Assembly (NCBI GenBank): GCA_934167875.1
Contig: CAKPMC010000006.1
Span: 16,646 to 80,645 of the forward strand
DNA from: an uncultured Bacilli bacterium
Lineage (GTDB): Bacteria > Bacillota_I > Bacilli_A > RF39 > UBA660
Reading direction: 5' to 3'
Length of the DNA stretch: 64,000 nucleotides
This document shows positions 9,823 through 18,885 of the stretch, one piece after another. The first letter of the stretch is position 1. Each line of letters opens with the position of its first letter. The notes under the pieces were generated by a model. The model ran no database searches. It was not told the DNA's origin and saw nothing but the letters and a program-made list of their open reading frames with translations. Made by a program: the position numbers and the translations under genes.

Positions 9823-10533
9823 GTGATTTTAGTGAAATTAAATGATATTGAACAATTAACAAATGAAGAAATAGAAAAGATATATGAAAAATGTTTAGAA
9901 TATGCAAATAGAATTAAAAATCCAGATTTAAAGGAATGTTGTTTAGAAATTTATAATGATTATAAATCAAAACTTATAGCAAAACCAGCTACTGGAGATC
10001 CATGTCATCATTTTTTTAGAGGTGGTTTAATATATCATAGTTATTGCGTAACCAGAAATGCTATTATGATTGCAGAATTGTATGATTATATAAAATTAGA
10101 TATGGACTTAATAATATTTGGTTCATTATTACATGATATAGGAAAGACAAATGATTATAAAGATTTTGATTCTATAGAAAAAGGTGAAACAGGAATACTA
10201 AGTAGTGGTTCATATATGGTGGGTCATTCATACGAAGGAACTCATATTGTTGAAAATTATTTAGAAAAATATAATTTAGAAGATAAGTTTAAATATCAAG
10301 TTTTACATATGATAGGAAGTCATATGAAAGAATTTAGTGAATGGGGAGTATTAACATCACCAAAAATGTTAGAAGTAATAGTAATTAACTATGGTGATTC
10401 AATGGATGCTAGATTAGATAAAACAAGAAATGGTATTAATAATTCTGAAAAAGGTGAATTATATTATAATGAAAATCAAACGGCAAAATTTTATAAATCA
10501 ATAAATCCATATTACGAAAATGATAATTTATAA
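9823..10533 (+). CDS. HD-superfamily phosphohydrolase (YhaM-like HD domain), cargo of cassette 2
   Basis: HHFFRGGLIYHSYCV ... LLHDIGK ... HSYEGTH ... SHM ... D: an HD metal-binding motif series. Confidence 0.55.
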   Translation: MILVKLNDIEQLTNEEIEKIYEKCLEYANRIKNPDLKECCLEIYNDYKSKLIAKPATGDPCHHFFRGGLIYHSYCVTRNAIMIAELYDYIKLDMDLIIFGSLLHDIGKTNDYKDFDSIEKGETGILSSGSYMVGHSYEGTHIVENYLEKYNLEDKFKYQVLHMIGSHMKEFSEWGVLTSPKMLEVIVINYGDSMDARLDKTRNGINNSEKGELYYNENQTAKFYKSINPYYENDNL

Positions 10534-10663
10534 TTAAAATAAATATGCATCAAAAAGAAAAATTATAAAATATAAAAAAATATTCAAGAAGAAAATTTAA
10601 CTAATGATGGAATTAACGAGCTGATTATGGAACATTATATTTTCATAAATAAAGGAGTAAAAA

Positions 10664-11086
10664 ATGCAAAAAAAATTAAGTTTTATGACCTTGAATGATG
10701 TAAATATTGGAATAAGTAAAATTGAATTAAATAAATGGGATTTAATAATTATTGATAAATCTGGTAAATATTGTTTAAAAATCTGTGTGCAATATAATTG
10801 GAAAGATATCAATAACATAAAAACTGGTCAAAAACAAGAAATTGATTTTAACGAATATTGTTTAGCTGAAAACAATGAATCTGCTTTGATTTGGCCATCT
10901 AATTCCTATGTAGAAAAAATAAGTGATGATTCTATATGTTTTAATTTGGAATTTAAAAATTTATCTAATTCGACGCATTATATGAATAAAAGAGGTTGTT
11001 TTGATATTCAGTTAAATTCTCTTGAGGCTAAGGTTTTTATTGATTATAAAGATGCAATAGATGATTCTGTCATATATAATCTATAA
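10664..11086 (+). CDS. hypothetical protein (140 aa), cargo of cassette 2
   Basis: ORF with RBS AAAGGAG. No motif recognised. Confidence 0.35.
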   Translation: MQKKLSFMTLNDVNIGISKIELNKWDLIIIDKSGKYCLKICVQYNWKDINNIKTGQKQEIDFNEYCLAENNESALIWPSNSYVEKISDDSICFNLEFKNLSNSTHYMNKRGCFDIQLNSLEAKVFIDYKDAIDDSVIYNL

Positions 11087-11212
11087 AAAAAAGAAGTTGT
11101 TATGATAGAAAATAAAATAATGTATAATAATATATTGGAAGCATTAATTTTGCTTCCTTGTTTTATTATCAAAATAATGTTAAAATGAATTATTGAGAAA
11201 GACTTTAATTAC

Positions 11213-11360
11213 TTATTTTTATTTAATAAATTTGTGGCCGAAATTCGTATCCAAGAAAAAAAGATACATTTTTGATGCTGTAAAAATAGGTTAGGATACG
11301 AATTTTTAAAAATAGGATACGAATTATCTGGCTGGTAGTAGTCATAGTAAGGAGGACCAT
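11213..11360 (+). promoter_or_regulatory. uvrB upstream region: R-type core copy 3 plus dyad AAATTCGTATCC-N43-GGATACGAATTT(+GGATACGAATT), RBS AGGAGG
   Basis: Seen directly in the sequence. The same half-site GGACACGAATTT precedes both uvrB fragments (7526, 9279). Confidence 0.5.
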
Positions 11361-13319
11361 ATGTTCAAAATTCATTCAAAATATACACCGAGTGGTGATC
11401 AACCCCAGGCAATTAAGGAATTAGTAGAAGGTATTAAAGAAGGAAAACGCGACCAGGTTTTACTAGGAGCAACGGGAACAGGAAAAACTTTTACGATTGC
11501 TAATGTAATTAAAGAAGTTAATAAACCAACCCTAGTTTTAGCTCATAATAAAACACTTGCGGGACAACTTTATTCAGAATTAAAAGAATTGTTTCCTAAC
11601 AATCACGTATGCTATTTTGTATCCTATTATGATTATTACCAACCAGAAGCCTATGTTCCATCTACAGATACCTATATAGAAAAAGATTCATCTATTAATG
11701 ATGAAATTGATGAACTTCGTCACTATGCAACAAGCTCTCTTTTATCTTATGATGATGTCATTGTAGTAGCCAGTGTAAGTTGTATTTACGGTATTGGTGA
11801 AGTAGAAGAATATCGAAACAAAATGCTAAGCATAGGAGTAGGAGATAATGTAGAAAGAAACACTATCATGACGAAACTAGTAGAAATGATGTACGAAAGA
11901 AATGATTTTGATTTTAAGCGTGGTACCTTTAGAGTAAAGGGTGATGTTCTAGAAATCATACCAGCCTATGAAAACACAAAAGGGTATAGAATTGAGTTTT
12001 TTGGTGATGAAATAGATAGAATTAGTGAAATAGATTCTCTAACTGGAGCAGTTATTCAAAATAAAAAAACATTAACTATTTTTCCAGCCAGTCACTTTGT
12101 AACTAGTGATGAAAAACTAATAGAGGCAGTGAAAAGAATTAAACTAGAATTAGCTGATAGGATTCAATATTTTAAAGATAATAATAAACTACTAGCAGCA
12201 GAAAGAATAGAACAGCGTACAAACTATGATATAGAAATGTTAACTGAAACAGGATTCTGTCGTGGTATTGAAAACTATTCTCGTCATATGGCTTTACGTG
12301 GTGAAGGAGAAACCCCAACTACTTTAATGGATTTCTTTCCAAAAGATTTTTTATTAGTAATAGATGAATCCCATGTAACACTTCCTCAGGTAAGGGGAAT
12401 GTATAATGGTGATAGAGCTAGAAAAATGAATTTAGTAGAGTATGGCTTTAGACTACCAAGTGCACTAGATAATAGACCATTAAAATTTGAGGAATTTGAG
12501 AAAAAAATCAATCAAGTTATTTATGTATCAGCAACTCCAGGAGATTACGAATTAGAAAAGACTAGTAATCAGTTTATTGAACAAATTATTCGTCCAACTG
12601 GACTTCTTGATCCAACAATTGAAGTAAGACCAAGTAAAGGTCAAATTGATGATTTAATTGGTGAAATTAAAGCTAGAATTGCGAAAAACGAACGTACTTT
12701 AATAACCACTCTAACAATTAGAATGGCAGAAGAATTAGCGAATTACCTAAAAGATATTGATATTAAAGTGGCATATTTACATAGTGAAGTAAAAACATTA
12801 GAAAGAATGCGCATTATTAGAGATTTAAGATTAGGTAAATATGACTGTATTGTTGGAATCAATCTATTACGTGAAGGAATTGATATACCAGAAGTTAGTT
12901 TGATAGCAATTATGGATGCTGATAAAGAAGGATTCTTGCGTAGTGAAAGAAGTTTAATTCAAACAATTGGTAGATGTGCTAGAAATGCTAGTGGTCATTG
13001 TATTATGTATGCTGATAAAATAACAGACAGTATGGATAAGGCTATTAAAGAAACAATGCGTCGTCGTACAATTCAGGAAGAATATAATAAAGAACATGGT
13101 ATTACGCCACAGACAATCAAAAAAGAAATTAGAGATTTAATTAGTAATGTCGATGACAACAAAGAAAAACAAACATCTCCTAAGAAGAAAGATAAAAAAG
13201 AATTATTAAAAATGATAGATGAAATCGAAGAATCTATGAAACAAGCAGCAAAGGAATTAGATTTCGAACGTGCTATGCAGTTAAGAGATGCATTATTTGA
13301 ATTAAAGAGTGAATTATAA
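11361..13319 (+). CDS. uvrB: excinuclease ABC subunit B
   Basis: Full-length 652 aa with helicase motifs, beta-hairpin region [10 protein letters not shown], and C-terminal UvrB-UvrC interaction domain ...[10 protein letters not shown]... Confidence 0.95.
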   Translation: MFKIHSKYTPSGDQPQAIKELVEGIKEGKRDQVLLGATGTGKTFTIANVIKEVNKPTLVLAHNKTLAGQLYSELKELFPNNHVCYFVSYYDYYQPEAYVPSTDTYIEKDSSINDEIDELRHYATSSLLSYDDVIVVASVSCIYGIGEVEEYRNKMLSIGVGDNVERNTIMTKLVEMMYERNDFDFKRGTFRVKGDVLEIIPAYENTKGYRIEFFGDEIDRISEIDSLTGAVIQNKKTLTIFPASHFVTSDEKLIEAVKRIKLELADRIQYFKDNNKLLAAERIEQRTNYDIEMLTETGFCRGIENYSRHMALRGEGETPTTLMDFFPKDFLLVIDESHVTLPQVRGMYNGDRARKMNLVEYGFRLPSALDNRPLKFEEFEKKINQVIYVSATPGDYELEKTSNQFIEQIIRPTGLLDPTIEVRPSKGQIDDLIGEIKARIAKNERTLITTLTIRMAEELANYLKDIDIKVAYLHSEVKTLERMRIIRDLRLGKYDCIVGINLLREGIDIPEVSLIAIMDADKEGFLRSERSLIQTIGRCARNASGHCIMYADKITDSMDKAIKETMRRRTIQEEYNKEHGITPQTIKKEIRDLISNVDDNKEKQTSPKKKDKKELLKMIDEIEESMKQAAKELDFERAMQLRDALFELKSEL

Positions 13320-14158
13320 TGAAAAAGTTTAAGAAAATATATATAGAAATCACGAATATCTGTAATCTTAATTGCTCTTTTTGTAGTAAAGATAATCGTA
13401 TAAAAGAAAGTATTTCGCTAACGAATATGGAAGAACTATTAAAGAAAATTAATGATTATACGGATTATGTTTATCTTCATGTAAAAGGTGAACCATTACT
13501 ACACCCAAAGTTAAAAGAAATCTTAGATTTATGTGAAAAATATCATAAAAAAGTAAATATTACGACGAATGCTACACTTCTAAAATCCAAAGAAACAATC
13601 CTATCTCATACAGCTATTCGCCAAATTAATTTATCAGTACATAGTGAAAATCAAGAAAAAAATTATTTAGAAGAAATCTTTGAAGTAACTGATAAACTGA
13701 AAGAAAAGAATATTGTTTATCGTTTTTGGACTATGAATGATAATAATCTAAATAAAAAATCAACAGAATTAGTGGAAAAAATAATAAATCATTACAAGTT
13801 GTCCCCAGAAATTGTGGAAAAAATAAAAACAGACAACAATATTAAAATAAATAGTAACACTTATGTGAATAAAGCTAATCAATTTGTTTGGCCTAATATT
13901 AATAATGATTATTATAACGATAAAGGATATTGTTACGCTTTAAAAGATCAATTAGCTATTTTAGTAGACGGTACTGTTGTACCATGCTGTTTAGATAGTG
14001 ATGGCATCATTAATTTAGGAAACATTTATAGTAATACTATAGAAGTTATTATAAATAGTAGTCGCTATCAAAAAATGAGAAGTGGTTTCTGCAATCGTAA
14101 AGTAACTGAAGAACTATGTAAACACTGTAGTTACAAAGAAAGATTTGACATTAATTAA
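13319..14158 (+). CDS. radical SAM / SPASM-domain enzyme (279 aa)
   Basis: CNLNCSFC (CxxxCxxC) near the N-terminus plus GEPLL. The C-terminal Cys-rich region PCCLDSDG...CKHC is SPASM/twitch-like. ATG overlaps the uvrB TAA. Confidence 0.65.
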   Translation: MKKFKKIYIEITNICNLNCSFCSKDNRIKESISLTNMEELLKKINDYTDYVYLHVKGEPLLHPKLKEILDLCEKYHKKVNITTNATLLKSKETILSHTAIRQINLSVHSENQEKNYLEEIFEVTDKLKEKNIVYRFWTMNDNNLNKKSTELVEKIINHYKLSPEIVEKIKTDNNIKINSNTYVNKANQFVWPNINNDYYNDKGYCYALKDQLAILVDGTVVPCCLDSDGIINLGNIYSNTIEVIINSSRYQKMRSGFCNRKVTEELCKHCSYKERFDIN

Positions 14159-14188
14159 ATTATAAATATAATAGAAAAGGTGATTTGA

Positions 14189-14656
14189 ATGAAAATAGTA
14201 CAAAATGAAGTATGTTATGTAGAAAGAGAAGATATTTATAATTTAAGAATGTTTCCTCAGTATGTTGTTTCTGAAATTAACTTTAGATCTAATTCTAAAT
14301 ATATAAAATTTGAAAATCCTAGATCAATAAATTATTTCTCAGAAAGTGATTTTATAATCGACTATACTGAAATATGCAATTTATCATTAGCAGAAATAAC
14401 TCTAAAGATAGAAAAATTAAAACAAAGTTTAAGTAATTTAGCTGGTGAATGGTTATATGCTTCTGAAAATTTAAGAGAAAGTTTGGATAGGAATAGAGAT
14501 TATAATTATAAAATTAAGTCAATTAAATACATACTAATGTCTATGGAAAAATATATGAATAATAAAGAAACTTATGATGAAGAAATAGAACAGTTATCAT
14601 TTACTAAAAGTAAATTAAAAGAACCTATAAAAGCTTTAGAATATCATTATCAGTAA
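14189..14656 (+). CDS. hypothetical protein (155 aa)
   Basis: ORF with RBS AAAGGTG. Confidence 0.35.
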   Translation: MKIVQNEVCYVEREDIYNLRMFPQYVVSEINFRSNSKYIKFENPRSINYFSESDFIIDYTEICNLSLAEITLKIEKLKQSLSNLAGEWLYASENLRESLDRNRDYNYKIKSIKYILMSMEKYMNNKETYDEEIEQLSFTKSKLKEPIKALEYHYQ

Positions 14657-14726
14657 GATATTGACATGATTGCTTATATATAGTAAAATAATCCTCCTGA
14701 TTAAAATTAGGAGAAAAGGTGATTAT

Positions 14727-15023
14727 ATGGGTATATATAATAAAGTATATATAGGGCATGTTGAAACAGTTAATCTTGATGTAAGTGTACACCAATCACC
14801 AATAGAGTCTAAAGTAATTGCACTCCAATTGAATAATATTGATAAAAACAGAAATATTATAACTTATAAACCATTAAGACAATATAGTGAATATTATAAG
14901 TTAGTTAGTGTAGAGGAAAAACCATTAACAGGTACTTTTGGTAATATTGTTGGTGATAAGGATATTAATTTTGCCTTAAAGAAAACTGGAAAACAGGAAG
15001 TAAAAAAACTGAGAAAGTGTTAA
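14727..15023 (+). CDS. hypothetical protein (~98 aa; track ORF 14670 probably starts at the internal Met after RBS AGGAGAAAAGGTG)
   Basis: ORF only. Confidence 0.3.
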   Translation: MGIYNKVYIGHVETVNLDVSVHQSPIESKVIALQLNNIDKNRNIITYKPLRQYSEYYKLVSVEEKPLTGTFGNIVGDKDINFALKKTGKQEVKKLRKC

Positions 15024-15107
15024 ATGCACTTTCTTTTTCTATAAACATTTAACTGATTGCTATAAAGAACTTATTTTGTTAAAATTGTTGTAAAGGAGAG
15101 GAATGAA

Positions 15108-15497
15108 ATGAAAAATAGACAATATAAATTATTACTATTTTTTGGATTGTTAGTAATGTACTATATCTTTGCTTTAAACAATATAACCATTCCTTGTTTA
15201 TTTAATAAGATAACTAATTTATATTGTCCAGGATGTGGTGTTACCAGAATGTTATTATCCATTTCAAAATTAAATTTTTACCAAGCCTTTAGATATAATC
15301 AATTAGTATTTATATTTTTGCCCTTTATTTTATTACTATTAATAGACTTTTTATTAAAATGGCTGAAGAATCAAAATAATTACATATATTTAAGAATAAA
15401 TAATAAAGTATGGGTAGTTTTGTTAATAATCGTTTTAGTATTTGGAATACTAAGAAATATTCCCCTCTTTGATTATCTAAAACCAATTATTATATAG
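15108..15497 (+). CDS. small membrane protein, DUF2752-like (CPGCG motif)
   Basis: LYCPGCGVTRM plus 3-4 TM segments. Confidence 0.35.
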   Translation: MKNRQYKLLLFFGLLVMYYIFALNNITIPCLFNKITNLYCPGCGVTRMLLSISKLNFYQAFRYNQLVFIFLPFILLLLIDFLLKWLKNQNNYIYLRINNKVWVVLLIIVLVFGILRNIPLFDYLKPIII

Positions 15498-15619
15498 GAT
15501 TATTTATTTGAAAAGTTACTTAGCTGGGTAACTTTTTTAAATACAAATAATTAATTGTCTTGTCAAACAAATGTTTCATTGATATAATAAAAATGTATTT
15601 TCATAAAAAAGAAAATTTG

Positions 15620-15628
15620 TGGTATAAT
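15620..15628 (+). promoter_or_regulatory. extended -10 (TGgTATAAT) promoter for uvrA
   Basis: AAATTTGTGGTATAAT lies 23 nt upstream of the uvrA ATG. Confidence 0.4.
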
Positions 15629-15651
15629 AACATGCAGAAAAAGGTGATAGT

Positions 15652-18459
15652 ATGGATAAAATTATTATAAAAGGTGCTAGAGAAAACAATTTAAAAAATG
15701 TGGATTTAGAGTTACCAAAAAATAAATTAATAGTAATGACTGGGGTATCAGGAAGTGGAAAATCTTCTCTTGCTTTTGATACTATTTATGCCGAAGGCCA
15801 AAGAAGATATGTAGAAAGTTTATCGGCTTATGCAAGACAGTTTTTAGGAGGAACAGAAAAACCAGATGTAGATTCTATTGAAGGATTATCTCCTTCTATT
15901 AGTATTGACCAAAAAACAACCTCTAAAAACCCTCGTTCAACAGTAGGAACAGTAACGGAAATTTATGACTACTTAAGACTTTTATTTGCAAGAATTGGAA
16001 TCCCTTATTGCCCAGAACATCATATTCCAATATCAAGTCAAACTGTTGATGAAATTGTAGATAAAGTATTAGAAAATGAAATAGGTACTAAGTTAATTAT
16101 TATGGCGCCAGTTGCTCATGGTGAAAAAGGTACTCATAAAGATTTATTAGAAGACCTAAGAAAAGAAGGTTATGTAAGAGTAAGAGTAAATGGAGAAATG
16201 CTTGATTTAAGTGAAGAAATTACGCTAGAAAAAAATAAAAAAGATAACATTGATGTAATTATTGATAGAATTGTTTTAAAAGATGGCATTCGTAGTCGTT
16301 TATCAGAATCTATTGAACAAGCTATCAAACTATCAAAGGGAAAAGTAGTAATTGATTATGTTGGTAATAAAGAAGTAATCTATTCTGAAAACTTTGCTTG
16401 TCCATACTGTGATTTCTCACTTCCAGAATTAGAACCAAGAATGTTCTCATTTAATGCACCATTTTGTAGTTGCCCTGACTGTAAAGGCCTTGGTGTGAAA
16501 CTAAAAATGGATCCTGATTTAGTAGTACCAGACGCTACTAAAAGTTTAAATAATGGAGCTATTAAAACTTTAACAGATGATCCTGAAGCACTTGATTTTA
16601 AACGATTAGAATGTTTATGTAAGCATTATAAAATAGATATGAATAAATCATGGAATAAACTATCTAAAAAAGAACAGAATTACATTTTATATGGTAGTGA
16701 TGAAGTAATCCATTTTCAGTATCATTCTAAAAGTGGTAACCTTTATAATCAAAAAGATTTCTATGAAGGAATTATCAATAATCTAGAAAGAAGATACATG
16801 GAAACAAGTAGTACCTGGATTCGTGATTGGTTAGAAAATTATATGTTAGAAACCATATGTGAAACCTGTCATGGAGCAAGACTTCAAGATAATGTCTTAT
16901 CAGTTTTAGTAGGTGGAAAAAACATTTACGAAGTTACTTGCATGAGTATTAAACAATTAATTCCATTCTTTGAAAATCTAAAATTAACGAAATCTCAAAA
17001 AGAAATATCAGGATTATTAGTAAAAGAAATTTTATCTCGATTAACATTCTTAAAAAATGTAGGACTTGAATATTTAACGTTAAGTCGTTCTGCTGGCACC
17101 TTATCAGGTGGAGAAGCCCAAAGAATAAGACTTGCTACACAAATAGGTTCAAAACTAACAGGAGTTCTTTATGTACTAGATGAACCAAGTATAGGATTAC
17201 ACCAAAAAGATAACGAAAAATTAATTAAATCATTATTAGAAATGAGAGATTTAGGAAATACTCTAATCGTAGTAGAACATGATACTGATACAATGTTAGC
17301 CAGTGACTTTTTAGTAGATGTAGGACCTGGTGCTGGAGATCATGGTGGAGAAATCATTGCTGCTGGTACTCCAGAAGAAGTAATGAAAAATGAAAACAGT
17401 ATTACTGGTCGTTATTTAAGTGGTAAAGAAAAAATAGAAGTACCTACTACTAGAAGAAAAGGTACTAAAAAGTTTATTGAAATTAAGGGTGCAAGTGAAA
17501 ATAATTTAAAAAATATTAATGTTAAATTTCCACTAGGAACCTTTACTTGTGTTACCGGTGTATCAGGAAGTGGAAAAAGTACCTTAGTAAATCAAATTTT
17601 ATGTAATGCTGCTTATCAAAAAATATATAATTCCAAAGTGAAACCAGGTAAACATAAAAAAATAACCGGTTTAGAAGAAATTGATAAGGTAGTTGAAATT
17701 AGTCAAAATCCAATCGGTAGAACGCCAAGAAGTAATCCAGCTACCTATACAGGAGTATTTGATGAAATCAGAGATTTATTTACAACTACGAAAGAAGCTA
17801 AAATGTATGGCTTTGGAAAAGATCGTTTTTCTTTCAATGTAAAAGGTGGTCGTTGTGAAGCTTGCCGTGGTGATGGTGTTAAAAAAATAGAAATGCATTT
17901 CTTACCAGATGTATATATTCCTTGTGAAGTATGTCATGGTACAAGGTATAATAGTGAAACTTTAAGAATAAAATATAAAGACAAAAATATTGCGGAAGTA
18001 TTAGATATGCGTGTAAGTGAAGCACTTGAATTCTTTGAAAATGTTCCTAAAATCAAATCTAAACTTCAAGTGTTAGAAGATGTGGGAATTGGTTACATTA
18101 AATTAGGACAAAGTGCTACAACCTTATCAGGTGGAGAAGCTGGACGTGTAAAACTAGCTAAAGAATTACAGAAAAAGCCAACTGGTAAAACACTTTACAT
18201 TATGGACGAACCTACAACAGGTCTTCATAGTGCTGATATTAAGAGATTACTTGCAATTATTCAAAAAATAGTAGATAATAAAGATACCGTAATAGTAATT
18301 GAACACAACCTAGATGTTATAAAATGTGCTGATTATATAATTGATTTAGGACCTACTGGTGGCGATGGTGGTGGTGAAGTAATAGCTACTGGAACACCAG
18401 AAGAAATTGCCAAAGTAAAGGAATCAGCTACAGGAGAATTTTTAAAGAAAATGTTATAG
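15652..18459 (+). CDS. uvrA: excinuclease ABC subunit A
   Basis: 935 aa with two ABC modules (GVSGSGKSS / GVSGSGKST, two LSGGE signatures) and zinc-finger cysteines. Confidence 0.95.
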   Translation: MDKIIIKGARENNLKNVDLELPKNKLIVMTGVSGSGKSSLAFDTIYAEGQRRYVESLSAYARQFLGGTEKPDVDSIEGLSPSISIDQKTTSKNPRSTVGTVTEIYDYLRLLFARIGIPYCPEHHIPISSQTVDEIVDKVLENEIGTKLIIMAPVAHGEKGTHKDLLEDLRKEGYVRVRVNGEMLDLSEEITLEKNKKDNIDVIIDRIVLKDGIRSRLSESIEQAIKLSKGKVVIDYVGNKEVIYSENFACPYCDFSLPELEPRMFSFNAPFCSCPDCKGLGVKLKMDPDLVVPDATKSLNNGAIKTLTDDPEALDFKRLECLCKHYKIDMNKSWNKLSKKEQNYILYGSDEVIHFQYHSKSGNLYNQKDFYEGIINNLERRYMETSSTWIRDWLENYMLETICETCHGARLQDNVLSVLVGGKNIYEVTCMSIKQLIPFFENLKLTKSQKEISGLLVKEILSRLTFLKNVGLEYLTLSRSAGTLSGGEAQRIRLATQIGSKLTGVLYVLDEPSIGLHQKDNEKLIKSLLEMRDLGNTLIVVEHDTDTMLASDFLVDVGPGAGDHGGEIIAAGTPEEVMKNENSITGRYLSGKEKIEVPTTRRKGTKKFIEIKGASENNLKNINVKFPLGTFTCVTGVSGSGKSTLVNQILCNAAYQKIYNSKVKPGKHKKITGLEEIDKVVEISQNPIGRTPRSNPATYTGVFDEIRDLFTTTKEAKMYGFGKDRFSFNVKGGRCEACRGDGVKKIEMHFLPDVYIPCEVCHGTRYNSETLRIKYKDKNIAEVLDMRVSEALEFFENVPKIKSKLQVLEDVGIGYIKLGQSATTLSGGEAGRVKLAKELQKKPTGKTLYIMDEPTTGLHSADIKRLLAIIQKIVDNKDTVIVIEHNLDVIKCADYIIDLGPTGGDGGGEVIATGTPEEIAKVKESATGEFLKKML

Positions 18460-18468
18460 GGTGAGAAA

Positions 18469-18885
18469 ATGAAAAATAATATAAAAGGGATAAGTTATAA
18501 AATTATAGATTGGAGTCTACATTTTATAACCTATGCTATCATTTTAGTATTTGTAGCGACTTTTTTTGATAGTTTTAAAATAGATGATACTCATTTATAC
18601 CTATATGGTATCCTAGCAACTTTAATTATATTTATCTTAAATAAAACAGTTAAACCAATTATTTTTAGATTAACTTTACCAATAACTGGTTTAACGCTAG
18701 GATTATTTTATCCATTTATTAATGTAATTATCTTGAAACTAACTGAGTGGATTTTAGGACCTCATTTTGAAATAGAAGGTATATGGACAGTTTTCTTTTT
18801 AGCCATTCTAATATCAGTAATGAATATTATAATAGAAAACATAGTAATCACACCAATTATGAGGAGGATAAAGAAAAATGGATAG
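18469..18885 (+). CDS. small integral membrane protein (YvlD/DUF360-like)
   Basis: 138 aa with 4 TM segments. Confidence 0.35.
   Translation: MKNNIKGISYKIIDWSLHFITYAIILVFVATFFDSFKIDDTHLYLYGILATLIIFILNKTVKPIIFRLTLPITGLTLGLFYPFINVIILKLTEWILGPHFEIEGIWTVFFLAILISVMNIIIENIVITPIMRRIKKNG

Noticed and set aside
4440-11360. Integrase, transposase or IS element that could mobilise the uvrB-associated cassettes
   Set aside because: All ORF translations in and around the array were examined. None has tyrosine or serine recombinase, DDE or HUH signatures, so no recombinase is annotated.
15615-15630. AAATTTGTGG upstream of uvrA as another cassette core
   Set aside because: Here it is fused to TATAAT as an extended -10 (TGgTATAAT), with no GCCGAAATTCGTAT continuation. 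It is treated as a promoter, though the shared motif is noted in the findings.
11200-15660. Search for a Firmicute LexA (Cheo) box GAAC-N4-GTTC upstream of uvrB and uvrA
   Set aside because: None was seen by eye. A different dyad is reported instead as a finding. Its absence cannot be proven without a systematic scan.
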